Below are positions 28,389-40,288 of a stretch of 64,000 nt of DNA, one piece after another. Source of the DNA: Sminthopsis crassicaudata (taxonomy: Eukaryota). The stretch spans positions 420,092,958 to 420,156,957 of the forward strand of contig NC_133617.1 in assembly GCF_048593235.1 (NCBI RefSeq), given 5' to 3'. The notes beneath the pieces were generated by a model, which saw only the letters and a list, made by a program, of their open reading frames with translations, ran no database searches and was not told the DNA's origin. Within the stretch, counting starts at the first letter, position 1, and every line of letters starts with the position of its first letter. The translations under genes and the position numbers were made by a program.

Positions 28389-31300
28389 GTACTCCCCGCG
28401 GAAAAGCTCGTGCCCCAGGAAGGACCCTCTGTGGTCCTGGGGCGGGCTCTCCCCACCCCCTCGGTACTTTGTGAGCGGGTGTGTGTCCGTGTGTGCACAT
28501 ACATATAAGCGTTGGGTGGTTTGCCTTTTTAGCGGGCACTGGTTTAGGACTCCCCTTCTGACATGGTTGAGGAGCGGGACATTGACGAGGAGCAGTTGTT
28601 TGTGGGACTTGAGGATAGAGCCCAGGACATCAGGTTTCTTGGGACTGGAGTAGAGAGTTGTGGAGGAGGGGAATGGTTATCGGAAGTTTGTGGGGACCAG
28701 GACTTACTTTCCGTAATATTTGTGTCTTTCCCCACAGTGAAGCATTGGCCTGGGCCAGCGCCCAGATACATTGCCAGTTCCATGCCAGTGAGAGCCGCGT
28801 GGCACTGCCCCCCCCAGACTCCAGCCAGCCAGATGTCCAGCCCGAGAGCCAGACGGTGTTCTTGCCACACCGAGGTGAGGGACGCGTGTCTCCTGTGAAC
28901 TCGGGCCTGGAATCTACCTGCACTGCGTCCTTGTTGTCTGAGGAGGCTGCTGCTGCGCTGGGGTTGGATTGCAGCAGCGATGGTGACACTACTGTTTTCA
29001 CAACGTTGGGGAGAGTAGCAGGAAGTGTCAGAGGGCCTCTGCCTTTGTCATCTAGGGTGGTGACTGTCAACAGTCACACGGAGATGAGATGACCTGCCCC
29101 GTCAGGCAGTTTGTGTGTGAGTGTGACCATAAGATGGGAGTGGTCACTGATGATCCTTGTCACGCGGATGAGAGTAAGACACCAGGATTGCATGCTCCTG
29201 AGCTAGCCAAAGGAAAGGATGGGAATCACGTGGCATCTTAGATGCTGTCATCATATTTGGTATTCCCTGCCACTACTCTCATGGCTTCCTCTGTCCCTGA
29301 CTCTGTGTCTTTCAGTCTCATCCAGTTCTCTTGCTCTCTCTCTAGGTGAGCGGGGTCAGTGTATCCTATCCACTCCTCCAAAGATTCTGTTTTGTGACTT
29401 GAGGCTAGACCCTGGAGAGTCCAAATCCTGTGAGTAGGGTAGTTTTCTTTAATGCCTTCTAAATGCCTTCCCGTGGTCAGGATTGGGGATATATTCACTT
29501 ACTCCTGACTTCTTCCCACCTAGATTCCTACAGTGAAGTGCTTCCTGTGGAAGGGCCACCATCTTTTCGGGGTCAGTCTGTCAAGTATGTCTACAAGCTG
29601 ACCATTGGCTGCCAGCGTGTCAACTGCCCCATCACTTTGCTTAGGGTGCCACTGAGGGTACTTGTGTTGACTGGTGAGTGGTAGGGGCATTGGGAAGAAG
29701 GGAAACGGTAGAGAAGATAATAGTACTTGGGGTATGGAATGAGGAAGACTTCAAGGAAGCTTCCCATTTTCACTGAAGCTGTTATAGGATGATAAGGACT
29801 GGGGCTCTGAGGATTAGATTGAGTTTCCTCTTCTTGTGATCTCTTCACCATGTTGGAGTTTAATCCTGCTTGGTCACTATTCCGTTCCTTTAGATTTCAC
29901 TGCTCATCATCTCCTTCTGGCACTGTCATCTGCTCTGTTTCTGCTTTGGAGATCCACATCTCCCTAATTTGTTTCCACTCTCCTGGGTTGCTTCTCAACA
30001 ATCTTTCTTAACTTCCAGTATACCCCATTCCTTACATACTTTATCCCTTATTCTCTCCCCAGGCTTCCAGGATGCCCTGTTTCCCCAGGATGAGGCTGTG
30101 GCTCCCTCCAGCCCATTCCTAGAAGAAGAAGAAGCAGGTAGAAAGGACTCAAGACTAGCAGAACTGGCAGGAGAGTTCCTCATGGCTGCTACCTCCCGCC
30201 GCAGTTTGTGTAAGGATCTTTCCCTCCACAAAAAGCCTCCCTTCAGAGATACTTCCATTTGTATACTCATAGATTAATTTGTGAGGAAGACTGCCCTCTA
30301 GTCATTCCCCCAGGAATTCCCCCCCTCCTGCATCCTATCCACACCCCCATTCCATACCATCCTCTTTTTCCTAGTTTGTTGCAATTCTAATCCAATCCCT
30401 ACTGGATCCTTAGGTAGGGACTTTTGTTGGCATAGGAATCCTGGCTCACAGATCCCCATTCCCCCACCCCCAGATCTATACAATATCAGTGACGGTCGCG
30501 GGAAGGTTGGGACCTTTGGAATCTTCAAGTCCGTGTACAGACTTGGGGAGGACGTAATAGGGACGCTCAACCTGGGGGAGGGGACTGTGGCCTGTTTGCA
30601 GGTGAGGGGGAGAAAATACCATGGGGGGAATGAGGGATGGGGTTGCAACTTGGAGTTGAACTATTAGTACGGATGGGAGGCTTGGGTGGGATATATGAAG
30701 GAAGCCTTTTTGGGGATGGCGAGATAGCATATCCAAGGTGGTGGTGGGGATGCCTTACAATTGGGGAGAGACTGTGTATGGGTAAAAAGGGCTACTCTGT
30801 CCATGTAGCGAGCACTAATTTCCACTTGTGAATGTTTTTCCATGCTGTCAGTTCTCAGTAAGTCTACAGACAGAAGAGACTGTCCAGCCTGAGTATCAAC
30901 GACGCCGGGGGGCAAGTGGGGCTCCATCTGTGTCCCATGTCACTCATGCCCGACACCAGGAATCCTGTCTTCATACAACCAGAACAAGTTTCTCTCTTCC
31001 CATTCCATTAAGCTCTACCCCAGGCTTCTGCACAGCCATTGGTGAGACTCTACACCAGGGGTGGGAAATGGCTGACCTATAGGGTTTATAAGGCCCACGA
31101 AATCATTTGCTAAGGCAACTAAAGGTGATGGTGAGCTGAAAGCTAGGCACAAGAACCTCCTACTACTTGAGTTCTACAAGTGTGATCCGCAAATGATGTT
31201 ATAAATATCCAAAATACCCTTGGCAAAAAAAAAAATTTCTGGTAATCACCTCAGTGCTACCTCTGGCTACTGTGTGATGGAACTATACTTTGTGCATGGG

Positions 31301-31958
31301 TGGGCAGGATTGACCTGTATTCCAGGTATTCCCCTCTTCCCCCACCTTTAGATTCTCTTGATTTTTTAACTACCTTGTCCTACCCCCAAACCCTTGCAAA
31401 TGCTTACATTTACTGTCCATGTGATAATGTTGACTCCTGTTTCCCAACATACTCCAACCTACTTGATAATGGTCCCACACAGAATTTAGGGTTGTTAGCT
31501 GCTTGCTACCTACTGCTGGATTTAACCTCAGGATCTCTTAAGTGTAAACATTTGCAGAGGTATCCATGCTCCTCAACCCCACCCCTAGTTCTCAGCTTTG
31601 AAAATTATTCCTGTTTCCCCATATTTCTTAACACAGGGGTTTCTCTCTCTCACTGCCACTCCTTTTGTCTTCCTTACCTTGTTGCTGCCTTTTTACCTTC
31701 TTTCTGACCTTTCACCCTATTTTTTTTCTTCTAGTGTCCTTGAAGTGGCGGCTACACTTTGAATTTGTGACATCTCGGGAACCTGGCTTAGCATTGCTCC
31801 CTTCCATGGAACAGCCTGAGCCTGTGGTCTGGACAGGACCTGAACAAGTGCCTGTGGATACCTTCAGCTGGGATCTCCCAATCAAGGTGCTGCCCACAAG
31901 CCCCACACTGGTCTCCTATGCTGCTCCAGGCCCCAGTGCCAGCACTGTCACCATCTGA
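28273..31958 (+). CDS. RGP1: RAB6A-GEF complex partner protein 2 (RGP1 homolog); 391 aa
   Basis: join(28273-28388,28738-28874,29346-29429,29524-29673,30063-30209,30474-30601,30852-31041,31735-31958)=1176 nt. [18 protein letters not shown]...STVTI*. First coding exon has an acceptor at 28254, so a non-coding exon lies upstream. Confidence 0.97.
28738..28874 (+). CDS. RGP1: RGP1 coding exon 2
   Basis: [19 protein letters not shown]...VFLPHR. Confidence 0.95.
29346..29429 (+). CDS. RGP1: RGP1 coding exon 3
   Basis: [27 protein letters not shown]. Confidence 0.95.
29524..29673 (+). CDS. RGP1: RGP1 coding exon 4
   Basis: [31 protein letters not shown]...RVLVLT. Confidence 0.95.
30063..30209 (+). 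CDS. RGP1: RGP1 coding exon 5
   Basis: [23 protein letters not shown]...ATSRRSL. Confidence 0.95.
30474..30601 (+). CDS. RGP1: RGP1 coding exon 6
   Basis: [29 protein letters not shown]...ACLQ. Confidence 0.95.
30852..31041 (+). CDS. RGP1: RGP1 coding exon 7
   Basis: FSVSLQTEE...[19 protein letters not shown]. Confidence 0.95.
31735..31958 (+). CDS. RGP1: RGP1 coding exon 8 (stop)
   Basis: [15 protein letters not shown]...[12 protein letters not shown]...TVTI*. Confidence 0.95.
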
Positions 31959-32097
31959 TTTGGGCTCCAGTTACTCGCTGTGCCACTGCTGTGCTTGGAC
32001 ACAGCATGAAAAACAAAGACTTCTGCATGGCCCTTTCCTTCCCTTCTGGGGCTGTATGAGTCTGAGAAGGGACTTCATGGCAGGCATTTGGTGGTCC

Positions 32098-32117
32098 ATT
32101 TATTTATTTAGAATAAA
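32098..32117. terminator. Dual-strand 3'-end element: MSMP PAS (-) / RGP1 proximal PAS and AU-rich element (+)
   Basis: ATTTATTTATTTAGAATAAA contains AATAAA on - (32099-32104, 32103-32108) and on + (32112-32117). Confidence 0.65.
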
Positions 32118-32198
32118 TTCACAGCTGCTAGTGGTTTCCTTGGAGGTGGCAGCAGCCGCAGTGGGCAGGCAGGCAGTAAAGTGAATGGTCAGTGGAAC

Positions 32199-32379
32199 CT
32201 AACTGGGACGTGGTCCTGGGGCCCCAGAGTCAGGGGTGTTGGCTGAGCCCCATTCAGGATCAGGGGGGCCTCCTCTGCAGGGCAGGTGAGGGGCAGATTT
32301 TTGTACCAGGGAGATGTGGCAGGTCCCTTCCTCTCGTCGTACCTCACACCCAGCTGGGAAGTCGATGGGATGCTGGGAC
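32199..32379 (-). CDS. MSMP: MSMP exon 3 (stop)
   Basis: [13 protein letters not shown]...[17 protein letters not shown]...PS*. Confidence 0.95.
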
Positions 32380-33124
32380 CTAGATGAACGTGATGGGTAA
32401 GGAAACTTCACACTGAGGTACTGTCTCCCCAATAGCTCTGCCTCCAGTTAATTTCTATTTCAGGTGCCCTTATTTTAAAACAAGAAGAGGATTTGACTTC
32501 CACCCTGGACAGTCTCCTATATTCCTTTCCAAATCCCAATACAACTTTCTTTTCCCCTTGCCTTAATCCCTTTTTGTCATATCTAATTAATCCTGTGTCA
32601 TCTACTTATTTTCCTCCTCCCAGTCTCTCCTTCCTATTTCTAGCCAGTCCCATTTTAGTAACTCCAAATCACTTACATATCACAGCAGCCTACACCAACA
32701 GGATGTAGGCAGGTACAGTGGTAACAGTCATTTCGGAGCCAGGATTCACCCAGGGTAAAATATTTCCCCTCATAGTGACAGGGAGCTGAGGAGAAATGAG
32801 GAAAATTAGTGGGGGTGGGATGAGAAGGGCTTTGGCCTGACATTGGAGAATTATTGTACTCTGGGCAAGGAGAAGAGTGGGAAAGAAGGAAAAGAGGGGC
32901 ATCCTTCCTTAAATAAGTATGTTTGTGGTAAGGATCAAACTCAAATCATCTCCCCCAATTTCCCATTTTTCCTGCTCCCCGTTTTCGTCTGCTTTACCTT
33001 GAGCTTGGAAGTAGCATTTGCTGTGAGCTCCTTGCAGTTGCAAGAGGAGTGAAATCACCAAACAGATGGTTCCCCAGCTTCTTGGGGTCCCCCTAGTTCT
33101 CCCCGTCCACTGCTGAAGCGCCAT
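32199..33124 (-). CDS. MSMP: Prostate-associated microseminoprotein (PSMP), secreted; 138 aa
   Basis: complement(join 32998-33124,32677-32785,32199-32379)=417 nt. Signal peptide, then [43 protein letters not shown]; 10 Cys of the MSMB/PSP94 family. Confidence 0.97.
32677..32785 (-). CDS. MSMP: MSMP exon 2
   Basis: [35 protein letters not shown]. Confidence 0.96.
32998..33124 (-). CDS. MSMP: MSMP exon 1 (coding)
   Basis: MALQQWTG...[23 protein letters not shown]. Confidence 0.94.
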
Positions 33125-33247
33125 TCCTGCAGGAGTAGCTTACTCTCTGTTTTGTCTCCTCCACTTCTGTCTTCCCTCTTAGTCTGTCTCCCCTGGGCTC
33201 TTGTCTCACACCATTCTATGCCCTCTGCTCTTGCAGGCATGGGGATG

Positions 33248-33253
33248 TTTATA
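33248..33253 (-). promoter_or_regulatory. MSMP TATA box
   Basis: TATAAA on - strand ~125 nt upstream of the ATG, predicting a TSS near 33220. Confidence 0.6.
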
Positions 33254-36049
33254 AAGTGAGGACCCTGGCCCCCTGCTGAGGAGAGCTGGAAAAGCTGTAA
33301 CTTGGTGTTTCCTGGGGTGAGGGCATGAAAACAAGAGATCCAGCTTTAACAAGCTGTGAGAGCTGATTCATGTCCCAGTACAGCTTGGGAGGGGTGAGGG
33401 TTGGTGGACATGGAAGGGGTACTGGGCATTTCCCCAGTAAAGAGAAGTGGGAGGGGTGGTGGACTGCTAGGTGGTCCCCAGATCTTTTCCCTAACCTAGG
33501 GAGGAGGGAGCATTTTTTTTCCTCTTTTCTGTTCATTCCTTCTCCCAAAGTGGGAGGGTGTAGGGTATTGGGATTCCTGCCTGGACCGGAGGGAGGCATT
33601 TCCTGGGGACGGTTAGTTCTGTGTCCCAGCCAAACCCAGGATCTGCAGTGGGGCGCGACGGCCAGAGGCTCCAGAAAAGGGAACTAATGTTGCTGTTGCT
33701 ACCTGGATTGAAGAGAGGTCGCTCCACATCTGAGATTGCTCCAGAGATGGGGCTACTAACTCAGGTGGAGCTTTCATCCTTTTTACATATCCCTCTCCTT
33801 TTCCCCCTTATTTGAGGCTCCCCCTCCCCTCAATCTGTTAGAGATGGATTGACTTTTCCTTCACAGGTGGACTCTTCACACACAGGTGAAGGCTTTCAGT
33901 TGTCCTGAGATGAGTTTGAGGTAGGGAATATCTGTTAACATCCAAGATATGGGTTTCTCTATCAGATGTTCCATAGATGTCACTCCCCATCCACATCAGC
34001 AAGCTTCCTCTCATTGCTCATCTCTCATCTCCAATCTCTCAAAACATGGTTAAAATTTCCATAAATCCCCATTTGTCCCTCTCCCCTTCAACAAACTTAT
34101 TGACTCTTGTCTTAAGACAGCTTTTCCTAGTTCCCGGTGCGAATTATATTAAACTAGTATATGAACAAATGTATAGCCTTTTTTCATACCTCCCAGTTTG
34201 GGCCTTGAGAAGAAGGGAAGCAAAGCCCTGAGGTGTCCTTTGTTCTGGTGTTTTCCCTGGGCCATATTAAACTTCTAAGAAGTCTTCTGTTTATACATTT
34301 ACAAGGGCATGGGTAGTTACCAAAAACTTGCTAGAGCCTTATATGTTGGCATGTTGGACCAAATGTAACAGGCTCTGAGTGCTTATGTGGGAGATCCCTA
34401 AGTCCTGCTTTTAGAACAGATGGGACTGCTGTACTCCTTGCCATTCCCTGGCTCCAGCTGTCTTTTGGCAGACTGCCCTCCTGTGCTTCATGTTACCTAT
34501 TCCCTCCATCTCATGTCCCTAGCATCTCCCAATTTTCACCTATGTATCATCAAAGGATTCCTTTAGGTGGTTGGTAGAGGTACTGTTGTGTAAAGGGAAG
34601 AACATTGAATTTGGAGGCAGATCTGACTAAATCCCATCTTTGTTGCTGTGTGATCATTGACTTCTCTGGACTCAGTTCCTCCATAAGAGGGTGGGAGAAG
34701 GGCAAATGGTTTTGTAAGGTCCTAGAATTAACAAATCCTGTGCTATTGACATTAAATTCATATTCTGGAGCTGGTTGGCTCTGGTCCCTATTACCTTCTG
34801 CCCCTTTGTTTTTGAAGTAAGTGAGTTAAGGCTTAGGGTCACCCCCCTGAGTATCTGAGGCTGTATTTGAACTCCGGTCCTCTTCACTCTGGGGCCAGTA
34901 CTCTGTCCACTGCTGCCACCTAGTTGCCCCTCCCTTAAAGATAGGTGTAGCCTGAATCTTACACTAGCAGTCTTTCCCTTCCCAATGGAAACTTCAAACC
35001 TGAGGGAGATGGCCTGTTCTGTATTCCTTGTCTCTTAAATTTGATTTGAACTCTGCTTGATTTCAAGGTTTTCTTATTCTCAACATTCCTGGTTGGGTCA
35101 AGTATCTCATTGACTCCTAAATTGATATTCCCTCACCTCCATATTTTGTCAATTCTTTTCAAATGCCATTACCAGAATTGAAGGACACTGCATATGCATC
35201 TCTGATTTCTCAAAACGATTAAAACTTCCATAAATCTCCCATTTGCCCCATCTCTCTTCCCTCCAACAAATCCTTTGGCTCTCCTTGTCTTAAGACACCT
35301 TTCCTTCCATACTGTGCACAGGTTTAGAAATAAATCTTAAAGAAACCCATCCTTTGGACTTGTACCAAACTTTTTTATGTCCTTAGTTTTCCCCCTTCCC
35401 ACCCCCACCTCCCCTTCCCCAGCCAGCCCTCTCCCTACATTGCAAGTGATATCCAGGAAATCGCCAAGGTGCTCTGCATCTAGATCCTTACCCCCTTCAC
35501 AGAATGAGTACCGAAGAAAGCTTAAAAAAAAAATCATCCCGTGCGTGAATTGTGTCAGGAGGATGCTCCGTACCTATCTGCAAGGGTTGTCTTGGGGTAG
35601 GTCATTTTCGATTGCAGTGAGTGAATCTAGCCTAAAGCCATCAGCGACACCCTGGACCACTATGTCTTCGAGGTTTGTGGGGCTTGGAGACTGGCTTGGT
35701 TAATTCTCTTTTTCCTCTCCCTCCCCAACTGGTGGCTTGCCGTCTCAGGGGACATAGGGGAGGAGCAGAGATTTGTCTAACTCTAAGGGGAACCTAGAGA
35801 TCTGAGTTCTTGTTGGACTATTAAAGCCGGACGTGTGAAGTATGTGGACTGTAAGGGTATATGGGTTGGTGAATGAGGGGCGAGAGCAGGGATTGTAGGT
35901 AGCTAATACGCCGGAGGGTTGAGCATCTGCATCCTGAGAGAGGTTTGGAATGGTGCTGATGGGGTCTTCCAACTGCCTGTGCGTATGTTTGTTTACCAGC
36001 TTGTGGCTTGGGATAAGGAAGTGTTTGGGGTTGGCTTTGCAGATGTTTA

Positions 36050-36600
36050 GCTGGGGAGGACTGGTGTGGCGTCTTTGGTGTATGTAGTTGGGGGAGCAGA
36101 ACGATGGTTACCGACTGCGCGCTGTGTACTTGCAGAGCGTTACTGGGGGTAAGGACTGTGGGCGTGTGTGGAGAACCTGTGCTCAGCTGGGGGCGTTGGC
36201 GCGCGCCTGTATCCGCGGTGCGGGAGGGAGGGAGAAGTGGGGGTGTGAGCTGGCGGTTGGCTCACGCGGTGCTAGTTCTCGGTGCTGGGGGTGGTGGTGG
36301 TGAGAGTGAGCGGGCAGTTGGCACGCGCCGGCCCCGCGGGGACAAGCAAAACATCCGCCGGAGGCCGGCCTGGGCCGGGCGGTGCTCCAGGAATCCAGGG
36401 CAGGTGCGTGGCTGCTGTGAGGAAGTGAGCACATTCCGGCCCCCTGGCCTGCAGGCGGACCGGCTGGCCTTCCGGGTGAGTCACCCCCGGACTCCCGGCC
36501 TCTGCACTGCCTGTAGGCCGGGTAGGCGAGGAGCTCAGCGGGGAGGGGGGGGAGGGTTAGGGGAGACTGGGGAAGAAAAAGGCCAGGTAGAAAAGAGTGG
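36050..36600. promoter_or_regulatory. Orphan CpG island
   Basis: CpG/GC-rich block with no adjacent recognisable CDS; AP-1 TGAGTCA at 36477-36483 overlaps a consensus + strand donor CGG|GTGAGT. Confidence 0.65.
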
Positions 36601-37527
36601 TCTGGGGAGCCCGCCAGCAGGTGGTGTGGGTCGGGAGAAGAATTGAAGCATCTCGAGGTAGCCCTGTGGGCTCAAACAGTGCAGTTAAAATTCACTTCTG
36701 TGCCCCTTACTTAAGGTTTAGAAATTAAATAGGCATTTTTAAAATGCATTCATTTTGCTCAGGGCTTCTCCCAAAGTGGTGCCTAACTGCCTGCTTTGTT
36801 ATTTGCACACTGATTAGTCTGCAGAGCTTTGCAATCTCTTGAGATCTACAATTTGGTGGAGCGGGGTGGGGAAGGCAGGCACTATTAGGGCTTTATACAG
36901 GTGAATGAGAAAGAACCGGCTGACGCTCGAGCTAGAGTGAATTGACCCTAAGGCAGAGAACCCTTGTTCTTATTTCTAGCTCGAGCCCTTTAATTTTTTT
37001 TTTTTTTTTAAAACATTCTCTTGCCTGCCTCTTCTTCCCACTCTCTTTAATCACTGCCTTCTAGAAGTTTATAATCTCACTTGGGTGACAACAGTACCTA
37101 GCTTTTATTAAACACCTACCACAAGATTATAAATGTGTTGTCCTTTACCTGCATATACCCAGTCTTAGGTGCCTGTGTATGACTATTAGCCAAAGGGTCA
37201 TAATTACTAGTCTCTTTAACTGCCTCTACTTCAGCATTTTCCTCTCTTCATCTTGTATTTCGTTTCACATAGGGCTTAGTGTAGGTTTCCAAGTTCTGGT
37301 TATATTATTCTACATTTTGTTGTTGAAGATGAAGATCTTTCCTCCCCAGTTTTCTTTACAACCGCTAAAACAAAAACCTGTTAAAGTAGCTCGTTAAGAT
37401 GATATGCTTGCTTGGGAGTATATAATAGAAAACTGAAATGGGTTTTGGGGGACATATTTTGGCAGCAGTTCTTTGAGAACTTCTTGAGAACAGGGATTGT
37501 CTTTTGCGTCCCATTATATATAGCTCA

Positions 37528-37745
37528 GACAACTAGGGTGGCTTAGTGATATGGACTTAGAATCAGACCCCAGTTCAAATTTGACTTCATTCACCAGTTG
37601 TCTGATGTTAGAAAAGCCTCCTTTGCTTTCATCCACTGGGGAAGGAAATGGCAAACCACTCAGTATCCTTGCCAAGAAAACCCCTGTGGAGATTGTGGTA
37701 TGCTTTGGGTCATGGGGTCATGAAGAGTTGGATAGGACTAACAAC
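37528..37745 (+). mobile_element. MAR1/RTE-tailed marsupial SINE
   Basis: RTE-derived tail GAAGGAAATGGCAAACCACTCAGTATCCTTGCCAAGAAAACCCC. Confidence 0.7.
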
Positions 37746-38921
37746 ATCCCTAGCACAGTGCCCGACACTGAACAGGCAACTAATAAATGCTTATTGACTG
37801 AATTGAGAAATTCTGGTTGGAAGCAAGCAGGATGTTTTCTTTTTGGGGCTCTTAGGGGAGAAAAAAAAGGTTGTAACAGCCCCTGGCTCAGACCAAAAAA
37901 GTGTCCCTGAAGATGTATACCAGTTCTAGGTCACATTTTCTAAGAAGCCTTGCATGTCTCTCCCTCTTTCTGGAACTCCTGTCCCAGACTGTGGAGGTAC
38001 CACTAAAATCATGAGGCTGGGGAAAGAAGGACAGTACAAGTCCCACAGGAAGGGAAAATGTGTTTCTAGCATCCCAGGGTGAAACTCATAGCATTCTTAA
38101 TCATAGAAAGGTTATTATGTATGGTGATTCAGTTTTGCAATATTGTAAGTACAATGTTGTACTTCATGGGATAAATATGTGGGCTAGTCTTAAATGCACA
38201 ATCATATTATGGAGTTAATATTTCTAAGCAGCTATTTTTTATAATATTTTGTTTTTTTCCCATGTAAAATCAATTTTAACGCTTTAAAAAATTTTGAATT
38301 CCAAATTCTCTTCCTACCTCCTTTGCCTCTTCCCTTCCTGAGTCAGTAAGCAATTTTATATAGGCTACACATATTCAATCTGCAAAACTTTCCCACAGTA
38401 AATATACAAACAACACCCAGTGAAAAGATAAAAATGAAAAATAATGTGTGTCAATGGACATTGGAATTCCATTAATTCTCTCTTTGGAGGTGGATAGTTT
38501 TTTCATCAAGACTCCTTTGGAATTGTCTTGGATCATTGCATTGTTGAGGATAGCTAAGTCATTTACAGTTGATCATCATTATTGTTATTAATGTAATGTA
38601 TATAACATTATTCTTATACTTAATTCATTTTCCATCAGTTCATGTCATTTCAGGTTTTTCTGAAATCATGCTGCTTATAATTTATTATGGCAATGGTATT
38701 CCATTACAATCATATACAACTTGTTCAGCCATTCAAAAATTATAGTCATCCCCTCATTTCCAATTCTTTGCCATCACAAAGAGTTAACATAAATATTTTT
38801 GTACAAATAGGTCCTCTTTTCAAATTTTTTTTTTTTTTTTGGAGGTGGGGGAATATAAACCTAGTATTGGTATTGCTGGATCAAAGGGTATGCAAAAATT
38901 TTATAAAACTATAGAGCATAG

Positions 38922-39362
38922 AGTGAAATGAGCAGGACCAGGAAATCATTGTATACTTCAACAACAATACTATATGATGATCAATTCTGATGGATGTGGC
39001 CATTTTCAACAATGAGATGAACCAAATCAGTTCCAATGAACCAGCTATATCCAGCGAAAGAACTCTGGGAGATGACTATGAACCACTACATAGAATTCCC
39101 AATCCCTCTAATTTTGTCTGCCTGCATTTTGGATTTCCTTCACAGGCTAATTGTACACTATTTCAAAGTCCAATTCTTTTTGTTCAGCAAAACAACTGTT
39201 TGGACATATATACATATATTGTATTTAATTTATACTCTTAACATATTTAACATGTATTGGTCAACCTGCCATGGTGGGGAAGGAAGGAAAAATTAGAACA
39301 AAAGGTTTGGCAATTGTCAATGTTGTAAAATTACCCATGCATATATCTGGTAAATAAAAAAG
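38922..39362 (+). mobile_element. Young 5'-truncated L1 3' end with 16-bp TSD
   Basis: TSD AAACTATAGAGCATAG at 38906-38921 and 39363-39378; AATAAA/A-rich tail. Confidence 0.85.
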
Positions 39363-40288
39363 AAACTATAGAGCATAGTTTCAAATTGTTCTCCAGATTG
39401 GTTGAACTGATTCACAACTCCACCAGCAGTGCATTAGTGTCTAATTTTCCCACATCTCTCACATTATTTTCTTTTTCTGTCATTTTTTAAAAGATGGATG
39501 TAAAGTGGTACCTCAGAATTTAATATACATTTCTCTAATTAATAGTGGAGCTTTTTTCCCATTTGACTATAGTTAGCTTTGTTTTTTTGTTTGAAAACTA
39601 TGTGTTCATATCCTTTGACCATTTATCATTTGGGGAATGATTCATATTCTTCTAAATTTGGCTCATTTCTCTCTATATTTGAGAAATGAGCCCTTTGTCA
39701 AATATTTTAAAAGATTTTTCCCCACTTTTCTACTTTCTTATTAATCTTGGTTGCATTAATTTTGTTTTTACAAAACCTTTTAAATTTAATCCAATCAAAA
39801 TTGTCCTTTATATATCTAGTAATATCTCTTTTTTGGTCATGAATACTTCTCTATAGATCTGAGAGATAAATTATTCTACGGTCTCCTAATTTGCTTATAG
39901 TACATGTATCCATTTTGACTTTATCTTGGATTATGTTGTAAGATGTTGGGCCATACTTAATTTCGGCCATACTATTTATTAGTTTTCAGAACAGTTTTTG
40001 TCAAATAGTGATTTCTTGTCCCAAAAGTTTGGGAGATAAACCCAGATTTATACAACTCTAAATTGATATGGCCATAGTAATTTGTTTTGTGAATCTATTC
40101 TACTGTTCCACCACTGTTTCTTAACCCATCTAGATTGTTTAGATGATTGCCCCTTTATAATACAGTTTGAGATCTGGTACAGCTAAGCCACTTCTCTTCA
40201 TTTTTTTTTTTTCATTAATTTGTTTTTGACCTTTTGTTCTTCCAGATGAATTTTGTTATTTTTTTCCTAGCACTATAAAATAATTTTT

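Noticed and set aside
35620-35650. GVADGFRLD in the - strand frame resembles the GH13 alpha-amylase region II motif (GVxGFRLD)
   Set aside because: It needs an insertion, and regions III and IV are not at plausible spacing. Treated as chance unless an HMM search says otherwise.
36104-36646. 180-aa Cys/Gly/Arg-rich ORF
   Set aside because: Starts at a poor context in TG/GC-rich island sequence; composition explains its length; no family match.
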